A stretch of DNA of 64,000 nt from the human T2T-CHM13v2.0 reference genome, Homo sapiens. Location of the stretch: the NCBI RefSeq assembly GCF_009914755.1, contig NC_060947.1; one strand, given 5' to 3'. A program made the position numbers and the translations under genes. Below are positions 26,961 to 43,233 of the stretch, piece by piece; position 1 is the first letter of the stretch; every line of letters begins with the position of its first letter. Below the pieces are notes generated by a model. The model ran no database searches. It saw only the letters and a program-made list of their open reading frames with translations, and was not told the DNA's origin.

Positions 26961-27949
26961 TTCTCCCATTATGCATTATTTTTGTTTCTCCTTTTGAGTA
27001 GGAAATGCAAATTTATCTTTCTCCACTTGAAGCACACCACCCCCCGCCGCCCCCGCATTTTCCTTTCACCAGCAGGTGTTTGGCACGTCTAAACACTTGT
27101 TTAAAACCCTGTTAAAAACATAGGCAAAGCAGAGGCTCCATACAGTGGCTAAAGATGTTTACCACATGGATGGCACACCTGAGAAGTGCCTACCTGAGCA
27201 GTGCCCTTTTCAGATGATCTTCTCCTAACTTCCCACCTCCCTCTCCCTAAATTAAAACCTTTGCATCCAGTGTACTGTCTCTGTACGGTTCTTCTCTGTG
27301 TCAGGGCTAGAGCACCAATGAGTTAGTCATGCAGTTGCATAATTATGCAGTGTTATCAATCTCTTGTAAGTTTGGTGAATGGGAGTCGTCAAGAAGATCC
27401 CACCTCGCACCTGTGTGGGCTGGCAAAATACGGTTTTTCACCTCTAAAATGGAAAGCCAGCTCCTGGACCTAAGTCGGCCCCAGGAAAGCACTGCTATTT
27501 GTAGACACTGCCTCTCTGTCTTACCTCTTAATCATAGCACACTGAATACTGCCTCACAACACCGCTAGCTGTCCCTTTTGGTTTTTTCCCCTTGATGATG
27601 GTTGGAACCTAATTTCACCTAGATTCTTTCATTTAACAAATAATTATTGAGCTAAGAAGGGTAATCCCAGAGATGGCTGTTATTAAGAAGAGCTATTTGA
27701 CTTTTTAAACCAGGAGTTAACGCTGGCTATACCTTAGGATTACCTATATAGCTTCGAAGAAAGATTCCTGGGTCCTACTCTTGGAGATTCTGAATTATCT
27801 GGTATGAATAGATTTAAAAAGCCCTCTGCCCAGATGATTCTAATGTATAGTCAGGGTTGAAGGCCACTTCTTTATTTAAAAAAAGACACACACACACATT
27901 TTTTTTTTCTAAACATTATGCCGTAAGGGTAAGGCCGTTACTTTAAACT

Positions 27950-28600
27950 AGGTGAATTCACTTATTCCACAAATAGTGAGTGCTTATCATGTACCAGGCA
28001 TTGTTATACGCCCTGGGAATACATCCATGAACAAAAGAGACAAATATCCCTACCATCATGGAGTACGATGTTTTAATGGGAAAGACAGACAATAAGGTAA
28101 TAAGATATGTGTTATGTTAAATGACGATAAGTACAATGAAGAAAAAGAAAGTAAGGAAGGGAGATTGAGAATGCCAGAAGTGATGTGTGATCGAATTTGA
28201 ATTAGGGTGGTCAAAGAAAGTTTCACAGAGAAAGGGACAATGAGGAAAACCTGTAAAAGGTTTCTGGTGTCAGCCATGCAAAAATCTGGAGAAAGAGATT
28301 CTTGGCAGAGGTCACAGCCAGAACAAAGATCTTGATTCAGGAGTGCGTTTGGTGTGTTCTAGGAAAAGAAGTCTAGTGTGGCTGGAGGGAAGTGAGTGAG
28401 GGGAAGAGAGGTAGAAGATGAGGTTAGAGAGTTCATGGGGTTAGTGACACCAGATTAGCAAGTTGCTTAGGGCCTTGTAGGCCATTGTAAGGATTAGGAC
28501 TTTTAATTTGAGTGAGACAAAAAGACATTGGATGGGTTTAAGCAGAGGAGTGGTGTGATCTGAATTAAAAGGGATCACACTGGCTGTTGTGGGGAGGATA
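27950..28600 (-). mobile_element. L2a
   Basis: antisense L2 3' region, including tagggccttgtaggccattgtaagga. Confidence 0.85.
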
Positions 28601-29254
28601 AATTATAGAGTAGCAAGCATGGAAAAAGGGAGGCTATGTCAGGGGTTGGGGAAGTATTATTTGTTTGAGTGTTCTTGAACTCTCCTGTTCTCTCACCTTG
28701 TTGGGTTAGGGGGAGGGGTGGGGTGGTTTGTGACCTAGGACTTTGTGCCTTTTGAAAAAGGGAAGTAACTAACACGTGACAGTGTGTGTAACATTTGCAG
28801 ATGTGGCTTCTCTGGATCAAGAGCCAAACAAACATGCCATAGCAATTTGAATTTCTTCCTCTTAAGCCTCTTATTCCACTTCAGATCCCCCTCCTGACCT
28901 ATTCTTTGGGGATTCTTAGATACATTTCCATCCCCCATAGTGACCTAGGTCTCTTATCCAGCTTTATTTCCTGCTTTTGACAGAGGAAAAAGATAGACTT
29001 CTGAATTGATGTGAGTGGAGATCTTATTATAGTAGCCACCTATAAAATAGCAGGAGGTAGAGATGTTTAATGTGTAAAATGGTTGTTGTCCTGGAAAAAA
29101 ATCAATACCATAAATGTGAATTTAATGGGATCCCTCAGGGAATGGGAGTCTGGGCAATGTAACATTTTAGTTAATTGAAAGGTAACCCACTTCTCACCTT
29201 TGTTTTTTTCCCTCTTTTCTTTAAATTAGCTCTTGTTTCTGAGTGTGACAATCA

Positions 29255-29480
29255 AAGTGTTTACTGTGTGCATGTAATGTGCCAGGCACTGTGCTAGGTG
29301 TTTTACACACAGAACCTTATGCAATCCCTGTAACAACTGATGATGTAGATGTTTTCTTTATTCCCATTTTAAAGTTGAGGAAACCGAGGCTTGGAGAAAT
29401 TAAACCGCTCACCTGAGGTGTCTTAGCTGATAAATGCCCAAGCTAGTCTGTCTGATGCTGAGACGCAACCTCAGTGATCA
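29255..29480 (-). mobile_element. MIR
   Basis: cccattttaaagttgaggaaaccgaggctt. Confidence 0.8.
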
Positions 29481-30139
29481 GTGTCTTGCTCATCATGGAC
29501 TCTATTGTGTTTAATTTCTGGACTTCAGACAGGGCTTTAGCATTATCCTGCTAGCCATCTTGGAAGACTGTTCTAGGTTAGAAATGGAGGCAGAGAGAGA
29601 GGGTCAGGAGCCTGGGCTATGTGATGGCAGCCTTGGGAATGGGGTCCATTTACTGTTATTACTTTTTAAAGTAAAAGTTTTAATATCAACCTGTTTTCTT
29701 GTTACTAGGTTCTTCTAATGGACTGCAGAAGAGCAGTGTTTAGTTAACTGATAACAGTGTTATGATGTTACTTTAAGCATCGAAGCTCCTTAATTTGGTA
29801 TGCCCAGTTTTTATTTTTGGTGGGGGACAGGGTGCAAGGAAATCAATCGGAATTAGCTGTAAATCTGAAATCCAGACTGTTTTAAATAAGTGCAGTCTCG
29901 TTTCATTTTTTTCAGTCACATTTAGTAACATAATCTAATGCTAACAAAGTGTCAAAGTGAGGCCTATTTTAATAAATACATTAAAAAAGTCATTCACTGT
30001 TCTATGCAAATGAGTTCTTTCATAGTTTAAAAATGAGCCTACTCATTTGCTTAACAAAGCTGATTTTCCCAGATCAATGCACAATACCTTGATCTCAGCC
30101 CTGGTCTGAATTACTGCAAAATTTGAATGAGAAGTTCTG

Positions 30140-30415
30140 CGCTAGATAGTTTTTGTCTGCCTCTTCAGGTCCTCACTCCAGTCTTCCCTCCTGCACTCTA
30201 CCCTGGGAAGCTGACCTGTAGGGATGACATCAAAAGTCTCCCTTTTCTTAGTCAGGCTATGATGGTAAAGGCATCTCCAAATCCTCTTCCTAGCCCTGAG
30301 TTACCCTGCCTGCACCTTTATAAATAGTCCATTTATTAATATTGACCCTTACCCCTCTCCAAAATAGCCATTTTGAGTGTGCCATCTATTTCCTGCTGGG
30401 ACACTGATTGATACA
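30140..30415 (+). mobile_element. LTR33-like ERVL LTR, internally deleted
   Basis: 3' end tttgagtgtgccatctatttcctgctgggacactgattgataca. Confidence 0.7.
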
Positions 30416-31357
30416 GGTTTTGAATTATGTCTATATCTTTATTTCATGTACAGGTCTGAGACTGTATATGAGGGTAATATGACCATAGTTCTAATTTGAA
30501 TGTACAGAGCACCATACAAGTCCGGTGGTTTACTGGGGAGTGTCTAGGAACACAAAGGAAAAAGGAACAATCACAGACCTGTCCATCAGATTCCTGTGAT
30601 GTGGGTTTCAATAATCTGAGTATAGATGGATAGATAATGACTGGGCAAAAGAAAGGACTAGAGTAAGGGGCGATATTGACTTGTCTGGATTTTTTACTTT
30701 CCTATCAAGATCCTCTGACTGGCATTGGATCTTGGGGATGGGGTTAAGGCAGGAGACCCCTATGGACTGGATTTAATGCCTACAACTCGTCCAAGGAGGA
30801 GGGTAGAAACACCTGGTACAGGTAAGAGGCTTAGGAAAGGAGTATGAGTCAAGAATATAACAATGTGACCCAGGAAAAAAACCAGATTATAAACTCTTTG
30901 AGGGAAGACATTTTGACTATCTTGCTTGATGCTATTCTCTAATTAGTACCCAGCCAATAGACTGGCAAATAGTAGGCATTCTATAAATATTTGAGTGAAT
31001 AAATGAATGCAGGAAGACAGAAGAACATACAGACTTAATGCACAATGAAATTACAGGACTTCCCTAGGGAGAATCCCAGCCCAGGTATCAGGGCCAATGT
31101 TTAGGAATGAGAGTGATAATTTATTTCCCATGGATAGAAAAGCCCCAGCTGTGCACTGCACATAATCCTTTGGGCAAATTAGATTATTAGAATCAAGGAC
31201 TAAAACCAGTGGTCAGTTTGCCCACTGCCAATTTTAAACAGAGAAGACTTTGAGCAAATGGGGATCTAATTTGAGGAAGGTTTTCTTGGTGCTTAAGTAG
31301 CTGTTTGAAAACATGGGGCTTTTTTTTTCTACTGAAAAAAAGTGCTCATATGGCCTC

Positions 31358-31707
31358 TGCTGTGTTCTGAATATTTGTGTTCCCGCAACAATTCATGTGT
31401 TGAAACCTAACTTCCATTGTGATAATATTAAGAGAAGGGCTTTTGGAAGGAGATTCATCCCATTCATGAAGGGATTAAGTGCCCTTATAAAAGAAACCCC
31501 AGAGAGCTAGCTAGTCTCTTACACCATGTGAGGACACAGCAAGAAGGTGCCATCTTTGAAGCAGAGAATGAGCCCTCACCAGACACTGGATCTGCTGGCA
31601 CCTTGATCTTTGACTTCCCAGCCTCTGGAACTATGAGAAATAAATTTCTGTTCATAAGGTACCCATTTAATGGTATTTTGTTATAGCAGCCTTAATAGCC
31701 CAAGACA
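31358..31707 (+). mobile_element. MLT1A/MST-type solo LTR
   Basis: TG...CA termini and 5-bp TSD GCCTC at 31353-31357 and 31708-31712. Confidence 0.9.
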
Positions 31708-32445
31708 GCCTCTTTTCCTAGAAACACATAGAATATTATTTTCAGGCATTCTTGTCAAAGATAACAATAGAAGATCTAGTAGTGAATCAGCACATTATAG
31801 TTCTGTTGATGCTTCTGTTGCCAAGGCCAGTTGTTTTACTTAAGAATACAATGTGCAAGTAAGATGTTTTGGGGTTTTAAAAGTGAGTATGTGACGAGAG
31901 GATCTTCGCCTTAGCATTTTTCCTTCTACAGGCCTCTTGAAGACTTCCACCTGGTAATGATTGGCGGGAGGGGGGCACCTAAAGTCACACTCTGTGCTTT
32001 ACATTAAGAAGGCAGTTTATAGTACTGGAGGACTGGATGTTTTGGATGCATCAGATAATTTATCTAGGAAGCCTTTTCAAATTCACAGGTATCACTATCT
32101 GTCTGTGCTCCCCCACCTCCGTGTTAATCAGAATCAGTTGGGAACACCAATTTAAACTGCATCAGTTTGGACCAGACTTCCCCCTTCCAAAGATCTGAAA
32201 TGGGTGGTTTGACTGAATTTCAAGAAGCATGAACAATGGTTTGGAAGAAATGGAGTCAGTGAAGTTTAATGAGTCAACCAATGGTAACGAATTATGGTGA
32301 TTCTAAGTGAATGCCCTCCTTTCTTCCCAACTGGCTGAACTTACAACATTTCAGGTCAGCCTTGGTGACTAGAGCCATTGAGAGAGAGCATCTTCATAGC
32401 CCTTATGAGCACCAGCTGACAAAAAAGAGGTCATGTCTTTCTTTT

Positions 32446-32657
32446 TTTTTTTTTTTTTTTTTTATTATACTCTAAGTTTTAGGGTACATGTGCACATTGT
32501 GCAGGTTAGTTACATATGTATACATGTGCCATGCTGGTGCGCTGCACCCACTAATGTGTCATCTAGCATTAGGTATATCTCCCAATGCTATCCCTCCCCC
32601 CTCCCCCGACCCCACCACAGTCCCCAGAGTGTGATATTCCCCTTCCTGTGTCCATGT
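32446..32657 (-). mobile_element. L1HS-Ta, 5'-truncated (about 210 bp)
   Basis: L1 strand reads gatgacACAttagtggg (Ta ACA at 32555-32557) and aaacttaGagtat (32472); 14-bp TSD catgtctttctttt at 32432-32445 and 32653-32666. Confidence 0.95.
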
Positions 32658-33838
32658 CTTTCTTTTACACAATTTTAATGTAATCCTCACCAGCATTAGC
32701 GAAAATTGCTTTTTGGTGGCCAGAGGGAAGCAAAGAGCCCTTGACTGTCTTAACATCCTGACAGCCTCAGTGAAAATGGAAAATTATTGTGATGGGAAGA
32801 TTGGCTTCAGAGACTCTGACCGGGGCAGTAAGTTCAAATCAATTTTGATTAATCCATTTTCTTTGAAAATTGGTTGTGCAAAATGGTCAAGGTCAAAAAG
32901 AGACACTTCAGTTACTGAATCCCATTCACAGAGTGATTGCCCTGTCTTGTTCATGTAAAACACTAAATGTGCCATAATTTTGATAGGGAGGAGGTATTCA
33001 GAAAAGGAAAAGGAAGGTACAGAAGGGGAAGAGGCAGAAGAATTTACAGAGTGGGGTTAAAAGTAAAGGGGGAGGAGATAGAAAAAAGTGAGGGGTAAAA
33101 AAACAAATGTGAGGTGGGGGAAAAGGGGTTATAATTCAGCCCCAGCAGGGGATTGACAGAGCCACAAGGGCATGCTGAGAGCAAGTGCTGGAGAGCTTAG
33201 AACTAAAACCTAGATTAGGGGGAATAAAAAAATGGCGTAAAATCTAGCTTCTTGGGGAGAGGGCTAACAATCCAAACACCAAGTCCAAACGAAAAGGGAG
33301 CAAGTTTAATCTACTGGAGTCTGTGGGGCTTTTTGCCTATGGAAAGTATGACAGGAGTGCTGTCCTGGGGGATGTAAGGCAGAGATGGTGACAATAGCCA
33401 TTTCTACACTGGTCTGCCTAGAAGTTCAGTCAGAACCCAGCCTAGCTTCAAGATTAATGTTGTGACGGTTGGGGCCTAGGGGAGACAGAAGCTGCTAGAG
33501 CCCTTGGGGCTTAGGTAGACATAGCATCAGTAGCTCAGCTGTCTCTGCTGCTTAGGAGGACTTCCTGCTAAGGGAGCTGCAGTGCTGCTGCATGCACCTC
33601 TGACAAGGGAGCTAAAAAGATAAAGAAGCTTTGCTCTGGCACTGAGTGATTCCCAATACCCTGGCAGCTGTGGAGGCCAGGCCTGAACAGTGCTGGCCCC
33701 TACTTCCCCCAAGTCTGCTGTGAGGGAGAGGTGCAACCTGTAGACCTCCCCTGAATATCAGGCTACATGCCTGAGCATAGGACAGGAAGAGGACTGTACT
33801 TGGAGGAGAGTGAGTCTAAGAGAAGAAACAAGGAGTAG

Positions 33839-34229
<391 letters not shown>

Positions 34230-34594
34230 GAAACTGGATAATTTATTTTAAAAATGGTACTTATTTCTTACAGTTATGAAGGCTGGGAAGTCCAAAGTTG
34301 AGGGACTGCTTCTGGTGAGAGACTTCTTGCTGATGGGAAATCTCCAAAGAGTCCTGAGGTAGCTCAGGGTATTGCATAGTTGAGGAGGACTGAGCATACT
34401 AATGTGCTAGCTCAGGTCTCTCTTTCTCTTCTTATAAAGTCATCAGTTCTACTCTCATAATAACACATTAATCTATTAACTCTTTAATTCATTAATCCAT
34501 GAATGTATTAATCCATCCATGAGGGCAGAGTCCTCATGATCCACTCAACTTTTAAAGACCCCACTTCTCAACACTGCCACATTGGGAGTTAATT

Positions 34595-34910
34595 TATTTA
34601 TTTCCTTCCTTCCTTCCTTCCTTCCTTCCTTCCTTCCCTCCTTCCTTCCCTCCTTCCTTCCTTCCTTTTCTCTGTCTTTCCCTCCCCTCCCCTCCCATTC
34701 CCTCCTCTCTCCTTCCCTTCCCTTCCTTCTTCTTCCCTTCCCTTCCCTTGCTTTTTTCTTTCACTCTCCTCTTCCATTCCCTTCCTTTCCCTCTTTCAAG
34801 CAGAGTCTTGCCTTGTTGTCCAGGCTGGTCTCAAACTCCTGGGCTTATGTGATCCTCCCAGGGCCTTGCAAAGTGCTGGGATTACAGGCATGAGCCACTG
34901 TGCCCAGTCA
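34595..34910 (-). mobile_element. FLAM/left Alu monomer with expanded (TTCC)n/(CT)-rich tail
   Basis: about 200-bp pyrimidine tract followed by a single Alu arm. Confidence 0.85.
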
Positions 34911-36052
34911 GAAAATTAATTTTCAACATGAGTTTTGGAGGAGACGTTCAAGCCATACCACAAAGTGTCAGAGAAAGTTGTAGAATCCTAGATTCAGGAA
35001 ATTGGAGGAAAGGAAAGATGGTAAGAGAAGGAAAGATCAAAGAGTTTGTCCTTTCTCATCTTCCCATCTTTGAACTTCTTAATTTCTGAAAGGCAGTCTT
35101 GTTCTCTAGTGATGATTTATGAACAGAAAGTTTTTGTGGATTATCTGCTAATTTGACCCTGAGTTATTTCTTTTGCCCTATGGTATGCTGCACATTGTAG
35201 TTGTAATTATTCCCCAAACTGTAACTGTTGCTCAGATACCATTCCTTGTGCTATGTCTAGGATTTTCTGGATCATGGTGGTGGTAATGATGGCACTGGAG
35301 TGCTGAAGACATCAAGTGAATGGTTTCGGGACCCTCATTCTTTCATATACATTAACCAGTCTCAACATGATCTAAGGAAGTAGGCTGCCAAGTTAGCCTG
35401 GCTCTGCCTATGTATGTGAGTTCCCAGCTGCTCCACTAATTAGGATCCTTTTAAAAGATGTGGCTACTGAGTTACCCTACTTTTCAAGGTAGTGAGGTGT
35501 GGCTGGCCTCCATCGCCAGAGGTGCTAGCTGTTTCTTGCAGAGCCCCAAGGGAGCCAGTTTTCAGTGGCTCTCTATTTGCTGTTTCTGAAAAGACCAGAT
35601 ACGTCTGTGTTCTGTGTTTTATGTGTTTCTTCTGGCCAACTGCTTGCAGAAGATTGTGAGGGCCAAACACTACAAATATTTGTCTGAGGCGGTTGTTATC
35701 CAGAATCTCTGATGTCAATGGAGGCAAAATTAATGCTAAAAGCACGAAGAGCCTCTCATTGACCTTTGGAACACATGTGGTTGTACTTGATTCATCCCAC
35801 ATGTTTGGTAACCATCCTGAGTTTACTGAAATGTTTAATAACATTTAAAGCTCTTTCTTAGTAGAAGGAAGAGATTGCTACCTTTTCCATTGGTAGTTAG
35901 CAAGCATGTTTCTGGGGCTATGTGGTATATTAAAAAGAACACTGGATTGAGGGTCAGGACACTGGTTCTATCAGGTATCAACTTAGTAAACCTGGATACC
36001 TGGGTCTCAATGTTCTCATCTGTAACACAAAAATGTTGGGCTAGAGCAGTGA

Positions 36053-36843
<791 letters not shown>

Positions 36844-37539
36844 TGAGAACCACTGTACTAGTCTCACCAAGACTGTCCCTTTCTGAAATGTTGGGGTTTT
36901 GTAATTACATACAGAATGTAGCATAGTGAGGAATAGTCAGAGTCAGTCTTTTAGCTAGAGTTAGAGGTAGCATCTAGTGTGGCTAAAGGGGCACAGAAAA
37001 TTAGCTCCTTTCCCTGCCTGCCATGGGCCTGAAATCCTTACCACACATCTCTTGCTTGGCTTAAGGTTCCCGTTAGAATGTAAATCTATTACCTGGGAAG
37101 AGAAGGCATTATGCCACCATTAGTCATTCGTTTACTGAATCTACTCTTGTCACTCAGCAGGGCCTGAAGGACTGGGACATAGGACAAACAAGCTTCAACT
37201 AGGTAAGACAAGGGCTAGAGCAAGATGAGTGTTATGTATCTATCCATAAGGACTAAGTATAAAAATTATTTTTAAAAAATACTTGCTTCTGGGAGAGGTT
37301 GTGTGTGGGCTACCATGGAAGTTAGAAACTCCTGGGGGCTACAATCCAAGGGGGACTCCCACCAGGTTCTCAAGGTGAGGATCATAGAAAGGTGCCCTCT
37401 TGGCCTTAGCTGGGGAGGGGAAGAGAAGCCACTGTAACACATGTCTGAAGCCTGTTCCATAACAGAGGCTTCCTCTCTCTAAGGGGAAAAATCTTTACCA
37501 TTGGGTAATATTGAAACATTATCCCACTTGGGAGAGTTT

Positions 37540-38315
37540 CATCTACCAACATTTGGTGTTGTCCGCCTTCTTAATTTTAGCCATTCTGGTAGGTATGGAG
37601 TGATATTTCATTGTGGTTTTAATCTGCATTTCTTTGTTGAGAATCTTTTCATGGGCTTACTGGCCACTGTTATATCTTCTTTTGTGAAGTGTCTATTCAA
37701 ATATTTTGTCCATGTCTTAATTTATTTTTTGTCTTATTATTGAGTTGTGTTTTTTATATACTCTAGATGAATGTCCTTTGTCAGATGTATGTATTGCAAA
37801 TATTTTCTTTCATTCTATGGCTTAATTATTTTATTTTCTTAATGAGGTCTTTTGAAGAAAATATTTAAATTTTGATGAAGTCCAATTTAACCGTTTAGAA
37901 ACTTTTTACACTAATTGAAAGAGGAATACCTGTATTTGATTAAAAATTCAAACATTAAAGAATGATAACGAAACTCTTATTTGTATATGTTTTTACATAC
38001 TAAAGTTTTAAATTCTATGTAGATGAATTTGTCAATATTTTTCTTAATGTTTTCTAGTTTTTTTTTAAAGTAATTAGGCCTTCTGTATTACAAATCATCT
38101 TTTAAAAAACTGGGGTCTTTTGTAGTTTTATTTTATTATGTTTGATAAATCTGGCATTAATTTTAGTATAAGAAGTGAGATAGAGACCAGCTTAACTTTT
38201 TTTCCCAAATAGCCTTCCAGTTGCCCCAAGATTCTTTACTAAATTATTTATTTTCCCATTATTAATTTGAAATATTACATAATTTATCACTTATCAAATT
38301 CCCATATGTAGGTGA
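37540..38315 (-). mobile_element. old L1M fragment(s)
   Basis: attttagccattctggtaggt...cattgtggttttaatctgcatttc...tttgtgaagtgtctattcaaat. Confidence 0.8.
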
Positions 38316-38540
38316 AAACTCCACAATTTCATTTATTACACCCCATCTCTCTTTTCCATCCCTCTGATCCCACACGCACACACAAAAATCCCTTCTAGGC
38401 ACATCTCTCCAAAAGGCAGACTAATCATATACTTGAATCACTGGCCTAGCGGGGACCGATAAGAAAATGTGAGAGAGACTCATATGCATGTATCTACACA
38501 CGCACACACATGCACTGACAAGCTTTGATGATCTCAATCA

Positions 38541-38871
<331 letters not shown>

Positions 38872-38879
38872 TTAGAAAT

Positions 38880-39645
38880 ATAGGACAGCTAAAGTTAAAA
38901 ATACTGACAATTCCAAGTACTGGAAAGGATATGGAGAAATGGAATCACTCATATATTGCTGGTAGCAATGTAAAATAGTACTGCCACTCTAGGAAACAGT
39001 TTCTTTAGAAAACTAAACATTCAATTATCATTTACCCAGCAATTTCATTTTCGGCATTTATCCCACAGAAATGAAGAAATTACAGCCACATGCATAGTTG
39101 TTCATTGCAGCTTTATTTGTAATAGCTGAAAACTGGTACATCCGTACTATGGAAAACTACTCAGCAACAAAAAGGAATGAACTATTGATACACTCAACTT
39201 GAATAGATCTCAAGAGCATTAAAAAGAATGTTATATAAATAAATCATATAGCGTGAAAGGTCATATGCTGTATGATTGATTTATATAACATTCTTAAAAT
39301 GACAAAATTATAGAAATAAAGAGCAGATTAGTGGTTGCCAGAGGTTAGGGATAGCAGAAAGAGGTTGGTAGGTATGACTTTAAAGAGATGTCAGGAGGGA
39401 GATCTTCGTGGTGATGGAATAGTTCTGTATCTTGATTGTGGTGGTGGTTATACTCATGTACATGTGATAAAATGACAAAGAACCTTACATACACTTTATA
39501 CCAGTGTATATTTCTTGGCTTTGATATTGTACTGTACTTACCTAAGATGTAACCATTGTGGGAAATCAGGTAAATGATACATAGAACCTCTTTGTGCCAC
39601 CTTTTGAACTTCTTTTGAATCTATATTTTGAAATAAAAGTTTAAA
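38880..39645 (+). mobile_element. L1MC/MD-type 3' end
   Basis: same family motifs as 5115-5836. Confidence 0.8.
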
Positions 39646-40226
39646 ATGATCTAGAAAAATTACTTGAATTTTAGTACGCATGTAAATGTTGTGTCATTTT
39701 GAAAATTAAGATGTTATGTTGAGTAACATGAGATGGGTGCATGGGTAGAGTGTACTATTTTCAGTATTTAGGGCCTCTAAAGGACTAAATCTGGCCCTGC
39801 CTGCCCTCCTCAGAAGTATTTTACCCTCTGGCCCTTTCTCTCTCAATTAAAGCCAATCTTCTGTGTATCTTCTGTCGTGATGTGTGCAGGCACTTGGCCT
39901 CAGGAAAGGTAGCTGAGGAGCTCTGTATACCAGCTGGGATGGAAAAGTCTGTCATTCAGTATGGGGAGGTCTGGCAAGTGGTAATCAGGAGCCTCAACAG
40001 GCATGATGGCAGAGCTGGGTCAGGGGTTGGGGCAGGGATTCTAATTCCAACAGTAGGCAGAAACCTAGAGAGTGAAGCAATGTCAGGAAAATCTGGCAGC
40101 CAGTAAACAGCAAGAACCTGAAAACAGAGCTAGATTTATGGCTCACAGTCCTAGGCCTAGGCAAGGAAAGTCAAGAGTAAGGCTGGGCAGAGATACACTT
40201 TAAGGATTAAGAACAAAAGCTATGGA

Positions 40227-40519
<293 letters not shown>

Positions 40520-40964
40520 CTAGTAGTTATGTCATCTTAGGCAAGAGACTTACCTCTTGGCACCTCAGTTTTCCCATCCATAAATAGGAAAAACAATAGC
40601 ATCTACTACTTCATATGGTTTTTCTGAGGATTAAATAGGATGATGTATCTAAAGTGCCTAGAATAAGGTGTGGCACATTGTAAGTGCCCCTAAAGGTTAG
40701 TTGATGTCATTACTTTTGTCACCCATCCTTTATTTATTTGTCCACTTGACAAATATTCTTTGAGCACCTACTGTGTGCCAGTACTGTTGTAAGCACTAGG
40801 ACTATGGCATTGAACAGGATAAATACAGTTCCTATCCTTACAGAGCTTGTACTTCAGTTGAGAGGAGAAAGGCATTAAACAAAGAGACATATGACATAAA
40901 AATTAAGAAGTGAAGTTTGCTATGACAAAAACTAAAGCAAGATAAGGAGATGGGGAATGATTGG

Positions 40965-42018
<1,054 letters not shown>

Positions 42019-42343
42019 TAGTGTTCCAGGCAGGGGGCCTAGTAAGTATAAAGGTCCTGAATCAGGAACATGCCTGGAGTATTGGAGACACAGCATGGAA
42101 GCTGGTAAGGCTGAAGCAGAGTGAATGAGGGTGAGACCAGAAGGAGTTAGAGGTCAGAGGAATATGAGGTGGCAGACTGTGAGGGCTTTAGACACCATTG
42201 TAAGAAATCTGGCTTTATTCTTACCAAAGTGGGAAGCTACTCAAGGTTGAAAAGGAGCAGCTTGTCATTTTTTGTTATTATTATTATTATTTAAGGGTTC
42301 CAAGTTTAGAGAAGCTAGGTCTCAGTGAAGCAACTTGTTCCCA

Positions 42344-42895
42344 GAGAACAGACATTTCTCAATTATTAGATTAGATAAATTAGATGAATCAAAACACACG
42401 ACAGCACTCTAGACTAATGGTGATGGTAAAATTGCTCATATAAGTGAAATCTCAGACTGTGAGTCTACAGATGTCAATATCTTAGATACGACTTTTCAAA
42501 CTTAAGAACCTATGAGGGAATAGTATATGTCCAAGTACAAAAAGGAAATATGGCATTCTTATCCAGTTAGTCATTCAACAGGAAGGACTTCATCAGGCAA
42601 TATTTGGTTACAGGAACCTGAGCCATCCTGTTTTGCTAAAAGGATGTATGACTTTTATGTTTCTACATGAAAATTTACTTGATATAGTTTATAAGTGGAC
42701 AAATGCTGAAAGCAGATGTGTATCCAAAGATGACTAGAAAGAAAAGGATGATGTAGAAATGAAAAACAAAACATCATTGAATCAGTCATCTGAATTGGTT
42801 TTTGGGAATCTAAATATGAAAATATTTTGCAGTTATTGAGCAAAGACGATGGCCATTCTTCTTTCAGCAAAATTATGAGCTGCCAAAGTTTTCAA
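42344..42895 (+). mobile_element. piggyBac transposase fossil (Looper-like)
   Basis: manual translation across frameshifts: SKYKKEIWHSYP...GRTSSGNI.LQEPEP / FLHENLLDIVYKWTNAE (KWTNAE at 42693-42710) / [26 protein letters not shown], in the same order as the piggyBac transposase N-terminal region. Confidence 0.8.
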
Positions 42896-42918
42896 TCTTG
42901 GCATTATCAATTAATTAA

Positions 42919-43233
<315 letters not shown>

